Shown piece after piece: positions 35,522 through 44,991 of a stretch of 57,081 nt of DNA. How positions within the stretch are numbered: the first letter of the stretch is position 1; every line of letters starts with the position of its first letter. The translations under genes were made by a program, and so were the position numbers. The stretch lies in contig JAQUOF010000003.1 in NCBI GenBank assembly GCA_028717225.1, forward strand, positions 1 to 57,081. The letters run 5' to 3'. Source of the stretch: Patescibacteria group bacterium. GTDB lineage: Bacteria; Patescibacteriota; Patescibacteriia; UBA2591; JAQUPP01. The notes beneath the pieces were generated by a model. That model had not been told where the DNA came from and ran no database searches. It saw only the letters and a list, made by a program, of their open reading frames with translations.

Positions 35522-36589
35522 ATGAAAATTGAAAAAAAACAAATTAAACTCTTGATTTTCGCTCTTTTAGTGTTTGTTGCCGCTATTCTTTTTTGGCAGC
35601 AATTATTTTTGTTATTTTCCAATAATAATATTAAGCCCCACCATTTCCTCAGTTTAGGAATATTTTCCGTTATTTTTATTTCCTTTTTATTATTATTTTT
35701 CATTCTGATTAAAGATCGAAAAATTATTTATTTAACAATACTTATTTCTTCGGGATTTTTCTTTATCTTTCCAAAATTTAATTATATTTATTTGTTTGGG
35801 ATTTTATTTTTTATTTTATTTTTAATTTCCGCTTATGAAAGAATAAGAGCCGAGAAAGAAGATCGGCTCAAACTTTCACTCAGGATGATTTTGTCCAGGG
35901 GCTTGTGTTTTATCGTCATTGGCATAGCTTTAATAACTTCAATAACTTATTATTTTAATCCGTGGCTTAAATTCGGCCAAAATGAAACAATTATAGATCC
36001 TAAAATAATCCAATCTTTGATAAAACCATTTACCGGTATTTTTGCCAAATCCATACCTTTTTATAGTCCGGAGATGACAATCGATCAAATAATAACCGTT
36101 CAAGTAATGATTTCTGATCCGTCCTTAAAATCATTAAATTTACCGCAAGATTTGATGGCAAATTTAAAATCAAAAATAAAAGTTGATGAAAACGGGAAAA
36201 CAGATATTAATACATTGATTAAAGATCCGGACGCAAGTTCTTTAATGAAAGAGATATTTAACAGTCAGAAGATTAATCCAAAATTACTCATTCAACAAAG
36301 AACGGCAATGGCTAAAACATTTGGCGGAGTTGAATTAAAAGGAGATGAAACTTTAGATACAATTTTTGTTAAATTGATAAATTCCAAACTTAGTCAATTT
36401 ATCGGTCCTTATGTCGAACAAATTTCCATCGCGATTGCCGTGAGTTTATTTTTCTTTTTATGGTTTATAGAATATGTTCTTGCTTTTGTGGCCTTAATTT
36501 TATCTCAAATTATTTTCATTATTCTTAAACTTTGCAAGGTGGTCATTATTGAGAAGGTGATGAAAGAAGGACAAGAGGTTGCGTTTTAG
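35522..36589 (+). CDS. Hypothetical polytopic membrane protein
   Basis: Multiple TMs at both ends with a soluble middle. No family recognised. Confidence 0.6.
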   Translation: MKIEKKQIKLLIFALLVFVAAILFWQQLFLLFSNNNIKPHHFLSLGIFSVIFISFLLLFFILIKDRKIIYLTILISSGFFFIFPKFNYIYLFGILFFILFLISAYERIRAEKEDRLKLSLRMILSRGLCFIVIGIALITSITYYFNPWLKFGQNETIIDPKIIQSLIKPFTGIFAKSIPFYSPEMTIDQIITVQVMISDPSLKSLNLPQDLMANLKSKIKVDENGKTDINTLIKDPDASSLMKEIFNSQKINPKLLIQQRTAMAKTFGGVELKGDETLDTIFVKLINSKLSQFIGPYVEQISIAIAVSLFFFLWFIEYVLAFVALILSQIIFIILKLCKVVIIEKVMKEGQEVAF

Positions 36590-36701
36590 GAATTGACAAA
36601 TTTTTTAAACTTGTTAAAATAATCATTACTTAATTAATTTTATATTTCAAGCCCCGAGATAGAGTTTCTACTTCCTATCAAGGGTATTTATCAATTTTTT
36701 T

Positions 36702-37271
36702 ATGCCAATTAAAACAAAAACAACGCCAAAGAAAGAAAAAGTTATCGGTGAAAAACCAAAAAAGAAAGTTATTAAAAAAGTTGCCGCATCTCATAAAAAA
36801 GAGGCGATTCAAGAGGTGATTCCGGAAATTATCAAAGAGCCGGTTAAAATTCACAAAGCAATAGAGCACAAACCTGTTAAAGACGCAGGTATTTGGTCAA
36901 CCGGAAAACGCAAAACCGCTATTGCCAGAATACAGCTTTTCAAAAACGGCAATGGAGAAATAACCGTTAATAACAAAAAATTTAAAGATTATTTTCCGTA
37001 TTTTGAATTGCAGAATATAGTTTTGTCTCCGCTTTGTTTAACAAATCAGGAAAAAAGTTTTAATTTCAGAATAATGATTAAGGGAGGCGGATTTAAAAGC
37101 CAGGCCGAAGCGGTCAGACTCGGAATTTCTCAGGCATTGGTTGCATTGGATCCGGAATGCCGCAAAACTTTAAAAACAGTTAAATTTTTAACTCGCGATT
37201 CCAGAGTGAAAGAAAGAAAGAAACCTGGTCTAAAGAGAGCTCGCCGGGCCCCGCAATGGAATAAGAGATAG
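36702..37271 (+). CDS. rpsI: 30S ribosomal protein S9 with Lys-rich N-terminal extension
   Basis: GKRKTAIARIQL..., C-terminal RDSRVKERKKPGLKRARRAPQWNKR. About 60-aa K-rich extension. Confidence 0.9.
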   Translation: MPIKTKTTPKKEKVIGEKPKKKVIKKVAASHKKEAIQEVIPEIIKEPVKIHKAIEHKPVKDAGIWSTGKRKTAIARIQLFKNGNGEITVNNKKFKDYFPYFELQNIVLSPLCLTNQEKSFNFRIMIKGGGFKSQAEAVRLGISQALVALDPECRKTLKTVKFLTRDSRVKERKKPGLKRARRAPQWNKR

Positions 37272-37303
37272 TTTTTGATTAAAAAAATAACAGTTCGTTC
37301 TGT

Positions 37304-37380
37304 CCGAAAAATATGCCAGAGCAAAGCTTATCTTTGAGAAATTAGATTTTTCGGTATGTTTTGCTCTGGCATATTTGTTT
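37304..37380 (+). terminator. Large hairpin terminator after rpsI, with an alternative inner pairing
   Basis: 17-bp stem AAATATGCCAGAGCAAA / TTTGCTCTGGCATATTT plus GTTTT. CCGAAAAAT/ATTTTTCGG offers a competing pairing. Confidence 0.6.
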
Positions 37381-37394
37381 TAGAGAATTAAAAT

Positions 37395-38720
37395 ATGGAT
37401 ACAAAATCATTGGAAATTGTAATGTTCAATATGTCCAGCTTTTCCGAATGGGAGGGCGGCATTGTGAATCGCAATTATCATATTTTCAATAAATTATCGC
37501 AAGATGAAAAAGTAAAACGAATTATTGCCGTTGATTTTTTGCCTTTTACTTTCAAGAGAGCCTTGAGGAATTATTTGGAAAATATTTTAAAAACCAAAAA
37601 TTACAAATCTAATGCAGATATAAAAGTTACAAATATTTATCGGGATTTTACCACTAAATGCGTGAAAATTGTTGGATTGGCGCCGGCCGAAATTTATGTT
37701 TTTTCCAGTATTGATTCTATATTTACCCGCCCAAATTTTTTGAAGAAAAATTTAGGCGGTTTTTCTTCTCATCAAATAGTGATAAAAAAATTAAACAAGA
37801 TATTGGTAAAAATCAACAAAAATCAACCGGAAAAAACCAAGAGAGTCATTTGGTCGTACTTTCCGATGTTTGTTGATTATTTTTCGGCCCAAGGCCGATC
37901 CGCCTCGGGCGGAAATGGTATACCGGCGGATTTGACGGTTTTTGACGCCGTGGATAATTGGATTGAACATCCTTCTTTCGCGCGTTATAAAAAATTATTG
38001 GAGAAAAATTATGAAATAATCGCCCAAAAAAGTGATTTAATTTTTACCGTAGCGGATAATTTGGTGGAATTTTTTAAAAATTTAGGCAGGAAAAAAGATG
38101 TTTATTGGATCGCCAATGGGGTTGAACCAAAACATTTCGCCAAGGAACAATCCGTGCTTAAAAATGATCCCATTCTGATGATTCCGCGCCCGATTATCGG
38201 TTACATAGGGACAATTCAAAACAGGGTGGATTTTAATCTTTTGGAATACTTGGCTCAGCAAAATCCTGAAAAATCCTTTGTTTTAATTGGTCCGCTTTGG
38301 CCTGTTTTTTTAAGAAAATTCCGCCGGCCGACCACGGAAATAAGAAAATTAAAGAAGTATAAAAATATTCATTTATTGGGACGCCGACCGTATGATTTAA
38401 CACCGGCTTATATTAAATTTTTTGATGTGGCGATTAATCCTCATAAACTTGATGAATTTATAAAATACACGGACTCCTTGAAGGTTTTGGAATATTTGGC
38501 TTGCGGTATGCCGGTAGTGACTACGCCACCTTCGGGCGTGGAGAAATTTTCTCACCTTCTTTATATTGCCGCAGATTACCAAGATTTTAATAAAAACATT
38601 GAGACAGCTCTTGCCGAAAATCAAGCGGAATTAAAAGAGAAAAGAATCCAAAGAATAAAAGAAGAGGATTGGGACAATAAACTTTTGGAAATGATGAATA
38701 TTTTAAAAACTAAAATTTAA
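37395..38720 (+). CDS. Glycosyltransferase (GT-B, GT4-like C-terminal domain)
   Basis: C-terminal KVLEYLACGMPVVTTP block. Contains an in-frame GC hairpin insert. Confidence 0.6.
   Translation: MDTKSLEIVMFNMSSFSEWEGGIVNRNYHIFNKLSQDEKVKRIIAVDFLPFTFKRALRNYLENILKTKNYKSNADIKVTNIYRDFTTKCVKIVGLAPAEIYVFSSIDSIFTRPNFLKKNLGGFSSHQIVIKKLNKILVKINKNQPEKTKRVIWSYFPMFVDYFSAQGRSASGGNGIPADLTVFDAVDNWIEHPSFARYKKLLEKNYEIIAQKSDLIFTVADNLVEFFKNLGRKKDVYWIANGVEPKHFAKEQSVLKNDPILMIPRPIIGYIGTIQNRVDFNLLEYLAQQNPEKSFVLIGPLWPVFLRKFRRPTTEIRKLKKYKNIHLLGRRPYDLTPAYIKFFDVAINPHKLDEFIKYTDSLKVLEYLACGMPVVTTPPSGVEKFSHLLYIAADYQDFNKNIETALAENQAELKEKRIQRIKEEDWDNKLLEMMNILKTKI
37886..37913 (+). repeat. GC-rich double hairpin inside CDS (GGCC-CAA-GGCC, ATCCGCC-TCG-GGCGGA)
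   Basis: Same TCCGCC/GGCGGA core as the intergenic copies. Translated as AQGRSASGGNG. Confidence 0.7.
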
Positions 38721-38726
38721 TTATTA

Positions 38727-39605
38727 TTGGGTATGATACTTTCTATTATTATTGTCAATTGGAATGTTAAAAAATTATTGGAAAAATGTTTGAACTCCAT
38801 TTTTAAAAATGTTGACGGATTGGATTATGAAGTTTGGGTGGTTGATAATAATTCAGCAGACGGCTCGAGAGAATATTTGAAAAGTTTAATCAGTCAGAAT
38901 GAAAATTTAAAAGTGATTTTAAACGAACAGAATATCGGTTTTGCCAAAGCCAATAATCAAGCGCTTAAAGAAGCCACAGGAGAATTTGTTTTGCTTTTAA
39001 ATCCGGACACGGAAATTATCGGCAATACTTTGCAAACAACTGTTCAATTTATGCAGTATAATCAAGATTGCGGCGTTTTGGGGGGCAAATTAATCGGTCG
39101 AGACGATAAAATACAAAAGTCAGTCAGAAGTTTTCCGACAATTCTTTCGCAAGCGATGGTTTTTTTAAAATTTCATCGTTTTTTCTATAAAGTGAAAATT
39201 CTAAAAGATTATTTTCAAACTGATTTTGATTACGAAAAAATAAGCGAAGTTGACCAAGTAATGGGCGCTTTTTTAATGACCAAAAAAGAAGTTTTGGAAA
39301 AAGTCGGTTTATTGGATGAGAAATTCTGGTTATGGTTTGAAGAAGTTGATTTTTGCAAAAGAGTGAAAGAAGCGGGCTATAAGGTGATTTATTATCCAAA
39401 TGCCGCGATATTTCATTACGGCGCGCAAAGTTTTCGCCAGATGTTATCTTGCCCGAAACAGCGCACCTACAACCGGAGCACCATTTATTATTTTAAAAAA
39501 CATTCCCGCTTTGTTTCATATTGGCCGCTTTTGATTTTAAATCCAATCAGTTTATTTTTAGCTTGTTTAGTTCAAATTTTTTCTTTCCGCCATGAAAGCC
39601 ATTAA
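38727..39605 (+). CDS. Glycosyltransferase family 2
   Basis: SIIIVNWN...VVDNNSADGS...LLNPD and DEKFWLWFEEVDFC motifs. Confidence 0.85.
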   Translation: MGMILSIIIVNWNVKKLLEKCLNSIFKNVDGLDYEVWVVDNNSADGSREYLKSLISQNENLKVILNEQNIGFAKANNQALKEATGEFVLLLNPDTEIIGNTLQTTVQFMQYNQDCGVLGGKLIGRDDKIQKSVRSFPTILSQAMVFLKFHRFFYKVKILKDYFQTDFDYEKISEVDQVMGAFLMTKKEVLEKVGLLDEKFWLWFEEVDFCKRVKEAGYKVIYYPNAAIFHYGAQSFRQMLSCPKQRTYNRSTIYYFKKHSRFVSYWPLLILNPISLFLACLVQIFSFRHESH

Positions 39606-41043
39606 TTTAGACAAAAAAATACCTCTTATTGTTTTAGGTTTTTTTCTTTTTCAGATTTTGTCGTTTTTAGGTTATCTGCAGCCAATTTTGGCGAATGTTA
39701 TTTTTATATTGATTGTTTTGTCGGCAATTTTTTTATCCGTATATAAAATAGAATACGGTTTTTTGATTCTTATTTTTGAATTTTTATCAGGTCATGGAGG
39801 ACTTTTGTTTGAATTTAAAGGAATCTCTTTGCGGCTTACATTGTTTGCGATTGTAATGCTTGTTTGGGCGGTCAAGAAATTTTTTTCGGAAAAATGGAAA
39901 AATTTGTTTTCTCAAAAAAAATCACCGTTTTATATTTTATTTTTAGTTTTTTTAATTTTAATTTTATTCGGTTTAATTCAGGGAATAATCAGAAATCATG
40001 GTATTTTGGCTGTTAAAGATTTTATTAATTATTCTTATTTTCTTTTACTTTTTCCTTTGATAGATGTTTTGAAAAAAGAAAAATTTGACCAAAATGTTTT
40101 CAGCTTGGCTCAGGGCGCAACTATTGGTATTGGAATTTCAACCATTATTGTTTTGATTTTATTCGGTTCGGGCTTGGTTCAAGTTCATAACAGTTTTTAT
40201 TGGTGGTGGCGCAGTATAGCAGTAGGCAAGGCCACTTATATGAACGGAAATTTTTTCCGCATTGTCACGCCGGCTCATTTATTAATTTTGCCTTTATTTT
40301 TGATTTATTTAAGCTTGTTATTTGAAACAAAATTAAAATTAAAAAAACAGCTCTTTTTTTTCTGGCTGGCGTCATTAAGCGGTTTGACAATTTTAATTAA
40401 TTTTTCACGCGCTTATTTTTTGGGATTTTTTGCCGGTTTGATATTTTTAGCCAAAGAATTAAATCGCAAGAAATGGATGCTTTTTTCTTTGTCCGTAATT
40501 TTAATTTTAATTTTTGAATTCTGTTTTATTTACACTCTTTTCGGAGGCATGACGATTTTTAAAGGATTAGATTTTTTTAAAGATCGCTTAGGGACAATAA
40601 TTTCACCCCAAGAAGAAACCAGTTCTCTGACGCGAATGGTGATTTTGCCGCTTTTAGCGGAAAAAATTAAGGCAGATCCGATTTTTGGTTCAGGCCTGGG
40701 GGCGACTGTTTCTTATTTGGATCCGGCTACAAATCAAATGCAAAGCACTTTTCATTTAGACTGGGGATATTTTGAAATTTGGATGGAACTTGGATTAATC
40801 GGCCTTTTAGCCTTTTTGTCATTACTCGGATCGATCTTTTATCAGGGTTTCCAAACAATAAAAATTATTTCGCAAGATATTTTTAAAAAAAGAATTGTGA
40901 TAGGATTAATGGGGGGTGTGGCCGCTTTAATGGTTGCCAGTTTGACCGGCCCGTTTATTTTTCATCCCTTGGGTATTTTATATCTCACTTTTACGGCCGC
41001 TTATTTAATAAATTTAAATAGAAATGAAAGAACAAATTCCTAA
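39592..41043 (+). CDS. O-antigen ligase/polymerase-like membrane protein (Wzy_C type)
   Basis: At least 10 TMs with a central loop, FSRAYFLGFFAG. Located inside a GT cluster. Confidence 0.55.
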   Translation: MKAINLDKKIPLIVLGFFLFQILSFLGYLQPILANVIFILIVLSAIFLSVYKIEYGFLILIFEFLSGHGGLLFEFKGISLRLTLFAIVMLVWAVKKFFSEKWKNLFSQKKSPFYILFLVFLILILFGLIQGIIRNHGILAVKDFINYSYFLLLFPLIDVLKKEKFDQNVFSLAQGATIGIGISTIIVLILFGSGLVQVHNSFYWWWRSIAVGKATYMNGNFFRIVTPAHLLILPLFLIYLSLLFETKLKLKKQLFFFWLASLSGLTILINFSRAYFLGFFAGLIFLAKELNRKKWMLFSLSVILILIFEFCFIYTLFGGMTIFKGLDFFKDRLGTIISPQEETSSLTRMVILPLLAEKIKADPIFGSGLGATVSYLDPATNQMQSTFHLDWGYFEIWMELGLIGLLAFLSLLGSIFYQGFQTIKIISQDIFKKRIVIGLMGGVAALMVASLTGPFIFHPLGILYLTFTAAYLINLNRNERTNS

Positions 41044-42094
41044 AATCTCCATTCAAATTGTTACTTGGAACAGCAGACGATTTATCAAAGAATGTCTTGA
41101 TTCTATTTTGGCGCAAACTTATAGAAATTTTTCCGTTTTAATCGTTGATAATGCTTCTTGCGACAGTACGGTTGAATTTGTGGAAAAAAATTATCCCAAT
41201 CCAAACAGTTTATTGGCAAAAGCTAAGAAAATATTGAATTCCAGGCCTTCTATTTTTGTTTTTCGCAATATTAAAAATTTGGGATTTTCAGGAGCTCACA
41301 ATTTGGGTTTAACTTTGGGTCAGGCAGATTTTGTTTTGGTAATGAATCCGGATATACTTTTGGAACCGGATTTTTTGGAAAAAATAATAAAAACCGCCCA
41401 AGAGAACGAATCAGCGGCCAGTTTCGGCGGTAAAATACTTAAAATTAAATTTGATCAAGAAGAACTGGCGGAAAAAGTTAAAACAAATATTTTTGACAGC
41501 ACCGGGCTTTTATTTTTGAAAAATAGCCGCATAGTTGACAGGGGAGAAAATGAAGAAGACAGGGGACAATATGATAAAAAAGAAGAAGTTTTCGGCATTT
41601 CCGGCGCTTGTGTTTTATACAGAAAAAGCGCGTTGGAAGAAACTAAAATTAAAACCGATTCTTCAAAAGCGGGAAGCGAATATTTTGACGAACAATTTTT
41701 TGCTTATAAAGAAGACGCGGATTTGGCTTGGCGATTGCGTTTGGCCGGTTTTGGAGCAATTTACGAACCGGAAGCAAAAGCTTATCATTTTCGCCAAGGA
41801 GCGCCAAAAGACAGACGTTTTTATCAATCGCAAACCGTCAATTTTTTCTCATATCGGAATCATCTCTGGATGGTTTTAAAAAATATTTATTGGAAAAATT
41901 TTTTCTCCCGATTTTTATTTATTTTTTGGTATCAGCTTTTAAAAACATTTTATCTTTTTTTCCGCCAGCCCAAGAATTTATTTTTGGCCAAATTGTCTTT
42001 TTTCAGAGGATTGCCGGAAATGTTGCGAAAGCGAAAATATATTCTTAAAATGGCAAAAGTCGGCCCCGAAGAAATTAAAAAATGGACAAAATAA
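41024..42094 (+). CDS. Glycosyltransferase family 2
   Basis: SIQIVTWNS...IVDNASCDST...MNPD...EDADLAWRLRLAG. Confidence 0.85.
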   Translation: MKEQIPKISIQIVTWNSRRFIKECLDSILAQTYRNFSVLIVDNASCDSTVEFVEKNYPNPNSLLAKAKKILNSRPSIFVFRNIKNLGFSGAHNLGLTLGQADFVLVMNPDILLEPDFLEKIIKTAQENESAASFGGKILKIKFDQEELAEKVKTNIFDSTGLLFLKNSRIVDRGENEEDRGQYDKKEEVFGISGACVLYRKSALEETKIKTDSSKAGSEYFDEQFFAYKEDADLAWRLRLAGFGAIYEPEAKAYHFRQGAPKDRRFYQSQTVNFFSYRNHLWMVLKNIYWKNFFSRFLFIFWYQLLKTFYLFFRQPKNLFLAKLSFFRGLPEMLRKRKYILKMAKVGPEEIKKWTK

Positions 42095-42900
42095 TTACTT
42101 ATAGTATGTTATCCATAATCATTATTAATTACAATCATCGAAATTATTTAAAGCAATGCTTAAAAAATATTGTTGAAGCCAATATCAATCTTGATTTTGA
42201 AGTGATTGTCATTGATAATAATTCCAAAGATACAAGCAAGAAATTTTTGTCAGAGCTTAATATTCCGTCTTTAAAACTTAAAGTTATTTTAAATAATAAA
42301 AATTACGGTTTTGCCAAAGCAAATAATCAGGGAATTAAATTGGCTCAAGGAAAATATGTTTTAATTTTAAATCCGGATGTGATTGTTTTGAAAGATTCAG
42401 TGGAAAAACTTTATCAATTTTTAGAAGAAAATTCCGAGGCGGCTATGGTCGGTCCCAAACTTTTAAATCCCAATGGAACAATTCAGTATTCCAGTTGTAA
42501 GCTTCCTTGTTGGTATATGCCGATTCTTCGACGGACTTTTTTAGGCAAACTTCCTTTTTTAAAAAAGGAATTGGGCAAATATTTAATGTCAGATTGGCAG
42601 CACAATGAAACAAGAGAAGTAGATTGGCTTTTGGGCGCGGCCTTGATGATTAGAAAAGAAGTTTTAGAAAAAATTAATTATTTTGATGAAAGATTTTTTC
42701 TCTATTTTGAAGATACTGATTTAGCCCGGCGAATTTGGAAATTCGGCAAAAAAGTTTATTATTTTCCTGAAGCCCAAATGTACCATTTTCATCAGCGGCT
42801 CTCGGCGGAACGCAGCGCCAGTCCGACTATATTGTCTAAAATTACCTGGATTCATATTGCCAGCGGGATTAAATATTTCTGGAAATGGCAAGGAAAATAA
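42082..42900 (+). CDS. Glycosyltransferase family 2
   Basis: SIIIINYN...VIDNNSKDTS...ILNPD...FEDTDLARR. Confidence 0.85.
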   Translation: MDKIITYSMLSIIIINYNHRNYLKQCLKNIVEANINLDFEVIVIDNNSKDTSKKFLSELNIPSLKLKVILNNKNYGFAKANNQGIKLAQGKYVLILNPDVIVLKDSVEKLYQFLEENSEAAMVGPKLLNPNGTIQYSSCKLPCWYMPILRRTFLGKLPFLKKELGKYLMSDWQHNETREVDWLLGAALMIRKEVLEKINYFDERFFLYFEDTDLARRIWKFGKKVYYFPEAQMYHFHQRLSAERSASPTILSKITWIHIASGIKYFWKWQGK

Positions 42901-42940
42901 TTTGCTAAATTTTGAAAATTTGTTATAATAATTTGAATAT

Positions 42941-43011
42941 TGCGGGATCGTCTAATGGTAGGACTCCAGCCTTTGGAGCTGGCTATGATGGTTCGAATCC
43001 ATCTCCCGCAG
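42941..43011 (+). tRNA. tRNA-Gln (TTG), CCA not encoded
   Basis: TGCGGGATCGTCTAATGGTAGGACTCCAGCCTTTGGAGCTGGCTATGATGGTTCGAATCCATCTCCCGCAG. U1-A72, anticodon loop CTTTGGA. Confidence 0.9.
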
Positions 43012-43014
43012 CAA

Positions 43015-43041
43015 AAAGAGCCTTAGTAGGAGGCTCTTTTT
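43015..43041 (+). terminator. Intrinsic terminator after tRNA-Gln
   Basis: AAAGAGCCT-loop-AGGCTCTTT. Confidence 0.75.
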
Positions 43042-43045
43042 GATA

Positions 43046-43074
43046 TTGACATTTTTCTAAAAATCAACTAAAAT
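43046..43074 (+). promoter_or_regulatory. Promoter TTGACA-N17-TAAAAT
   Basis: Read directly. Confidence 0.55.
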
Positions 43075-43146
43075 ATAAATAATAATTTAAGGGAAGGAAT
43101 AGTTGTTCATTGAAAAAAATTAAATTTAACCACAAGGAGGTGGGAG

Positions 43147-44901
43147 ATGGATTTAAGAAAAGCAAAGGAATACTCTGCGGAGTTAATTGAGGTTTTAAAA
43201 GAAAGGCCGAAAGAATTTGTTTTATCAGAAGAACCTACGGTGATATTTGCAGGAGAGATGAGTAGCGTTGATGATTTTCTTATGAATGATGAGAGAATCA
43301 AAAATCAAATTGCAAAAATTATATCTGCGATTGATTTCAATGTGCCGGTTGATTTGGCAGTGGAATACGCTGCTAGAAGAACCAATACGGCAGGCGCTCA
43401 ACTGCCGAAAAATGATGCCGTTAAGTTGTCATTTTTTTATTCGCTGGTTGTCCGTCCATGTCAGGATGCGATTCACGCAGCATTGAAAGATGTTTGCAGG
43501 TCATGTCCTAATATTTTGGCATTTGACGAAGAAGTTTTCATTGCCGAGGCAGGGTACAGAATAGGCGCGTTTTTTGATGATCTTTTCAGCAAGTGGTGGA
43601 AATGGGTTGTTATTCCGTTTCGAACCAGCAAGCTGAGCGCGGATGAATTAAAAAAACTGATTCAAAAATCCGGCAAAACCGATAAATATTCAGTACTTGC
43701 CAAAGGCCCGAATGATCCTTATACCGGATCACTGACGGCGAAGCAAATTGAAAAGGCGAAACAAATTCCACTAGCTAAGATGTTTCCGATTGAAATTAAT
43801 GGAATTGCCAAGATTTTAAAACAACTGGCAAGGAATTTGCCGGATAATACTGATTATCGGGAATATTTTGTAAAACTTCGCAAAGCTTTGATTAATAAAA
43901 ACTTGAAACAAATGGAAGCTCTGTGGATAGAGGTTGATAAAAAATGGATAGAAATCAGCCCTGATCGACGTCTTATCCCGGTTCATATGATGGAATGGGG
44001 TTATGAAGATCCATTTCGCATAGCGCCGGAATTTCGTTTATTGTGGCGAACAGGTTATCGTGCGAAAGAATTGTGTCTTATGCGCAAAGAAATGAGCGAT
44101 CTCGCAAAGAAATTTGACCCAGAAGCAGTTAAAAAAATTGAAAGAACTGATATTGGAGTTTTCGTGACTATTTTAGCCAGCGGTTCAAATATTGATTTTC
44201 GGCTAGCCGGCCAGTCAGTGCCGAATTATCCGGAAGCGCAAGCGCTGGGAATGAAAGTTTTTTTGGATCAAGAATCCATGGAACAGCGCTTTCAACAATT
44301 TCAGAGTCTTATTGAAAAAGTGCTTGACCCGGAAAGTCAAACATGGGTGATGAAATTTTTAAGAGAAAAATACACCTATCTTGACGTTTTTGGCCACGAA
44401 TTCGGACATTGTTTCTGTATTGATAAACATTTGATTGAAGTCTTTGGAGACAACAAATCAAAAGTTGAGGAAATGAAAGCGACCCTGCTTGTTATTGAAG
44501 GAATTCATCAGGCAATTGAAAAAAATTTACTTGGCGATAAAAAAGAAGCTTTTTCAAGTCTTACTGCCATGATTATTCCTGTATTAATCAGAATGTTGGA
44601 ACAGGGTAATTTCAATAATCCGACTGTGGCTCCATACGTCAACGAATGCATGGGAATTTTGAACAAGCTGATGGCCGCAAGTATTATCACGGTCACAGAA
44701 AGTGGCAAAATTCACGTGGATACAAAAAGGACAGACAATGATTTGATAGCAGAACATCTTTTTGTTCTTACTCGGAAACTCATTTCTATTTACAAGAAAT
44801 ACGATCTTAAGGAACTTCACAGTTTTGTCTCCTATCTCTGTAATCGAGAGGGTGGCAATATTCAAAAGGCTTATAAAGCGATAAACGATAATCTTAAATG
44901 A
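43147..44901 (+). CDS. Large putative zinc metallopeptidase (HEXXH, gluzincin-like), family uncertain
   Basis: FGHEFGHCF motif at about residue 420 with Glu residues 10-21 aa downstream. Size and motif are reminiscent of M3-type oligopeptidases. SD AAGGAGG. Confidence 0.5.
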   Translation: MDLRKAKEYSAELIEVLKERPKEFVLSEEPTVIFAGEMSSVDDFLMNDERIKNQIAKIISAIDFNVPVDLAVEYAARRTNTAGAQLPKNDAVKLSFFYSLVVRPCQDAIHAALKDVCRSCPNILAFDEEVFIAEAGYRIGAFFDDLFSKWWKWVVIPFRTSKLSADELKKLIQKSGKTDKYSVLAKGPNDPYTGSLTAKQIEKAKQIPLAKMFPIEINGIAKILKQLARNLPDNTDYREYFVKLRKALINKNLKQMEALWIEVDKKWIEISPDRRLIPVHMMEWGYEDPFRIAPEFRLLWRTGYRAKELCLMRKEMSDLAKKFDPEAVKKIERTDIGVFVTILASGSNIDFRLAGQSVPNYPEAQALGMKVFLDQESMEQRFQQFQSLIEKVLDPESQTWVMKFLREKYTYLDVFGHEFGHCFCIDKHLIEVFGDNKSKVEEMKATLLVIEGIHQAIEKNLLGDKKEAFSSLTAMIIPVLIRMLEQGNFNNPTVAPYVNECMGILNKLMAASIITVTESGKIHVDTKRTDNDLIAEHLFVLTRKLISIYKKYDLKELHSFVSYLCNREGGNIQKAYKAINDNLK

Positions 44902-44918
44902 AAGGAGAGAATTATAAA

Positions 44919-44950
44919 GGGGCGAACTTATGTTCGCCCCTGATTTTTTT
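44919..44950 (+). terminator. Intrinsic terminator
   Basis: GGGGCGAAC-TTAT-GTTCGCCCC plus T-run. Confidence 0.85.
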
Positions 44951-44991
44951 TAAATCTGGTACTTTTGAACAAAAAATGATATTATAAAAAT

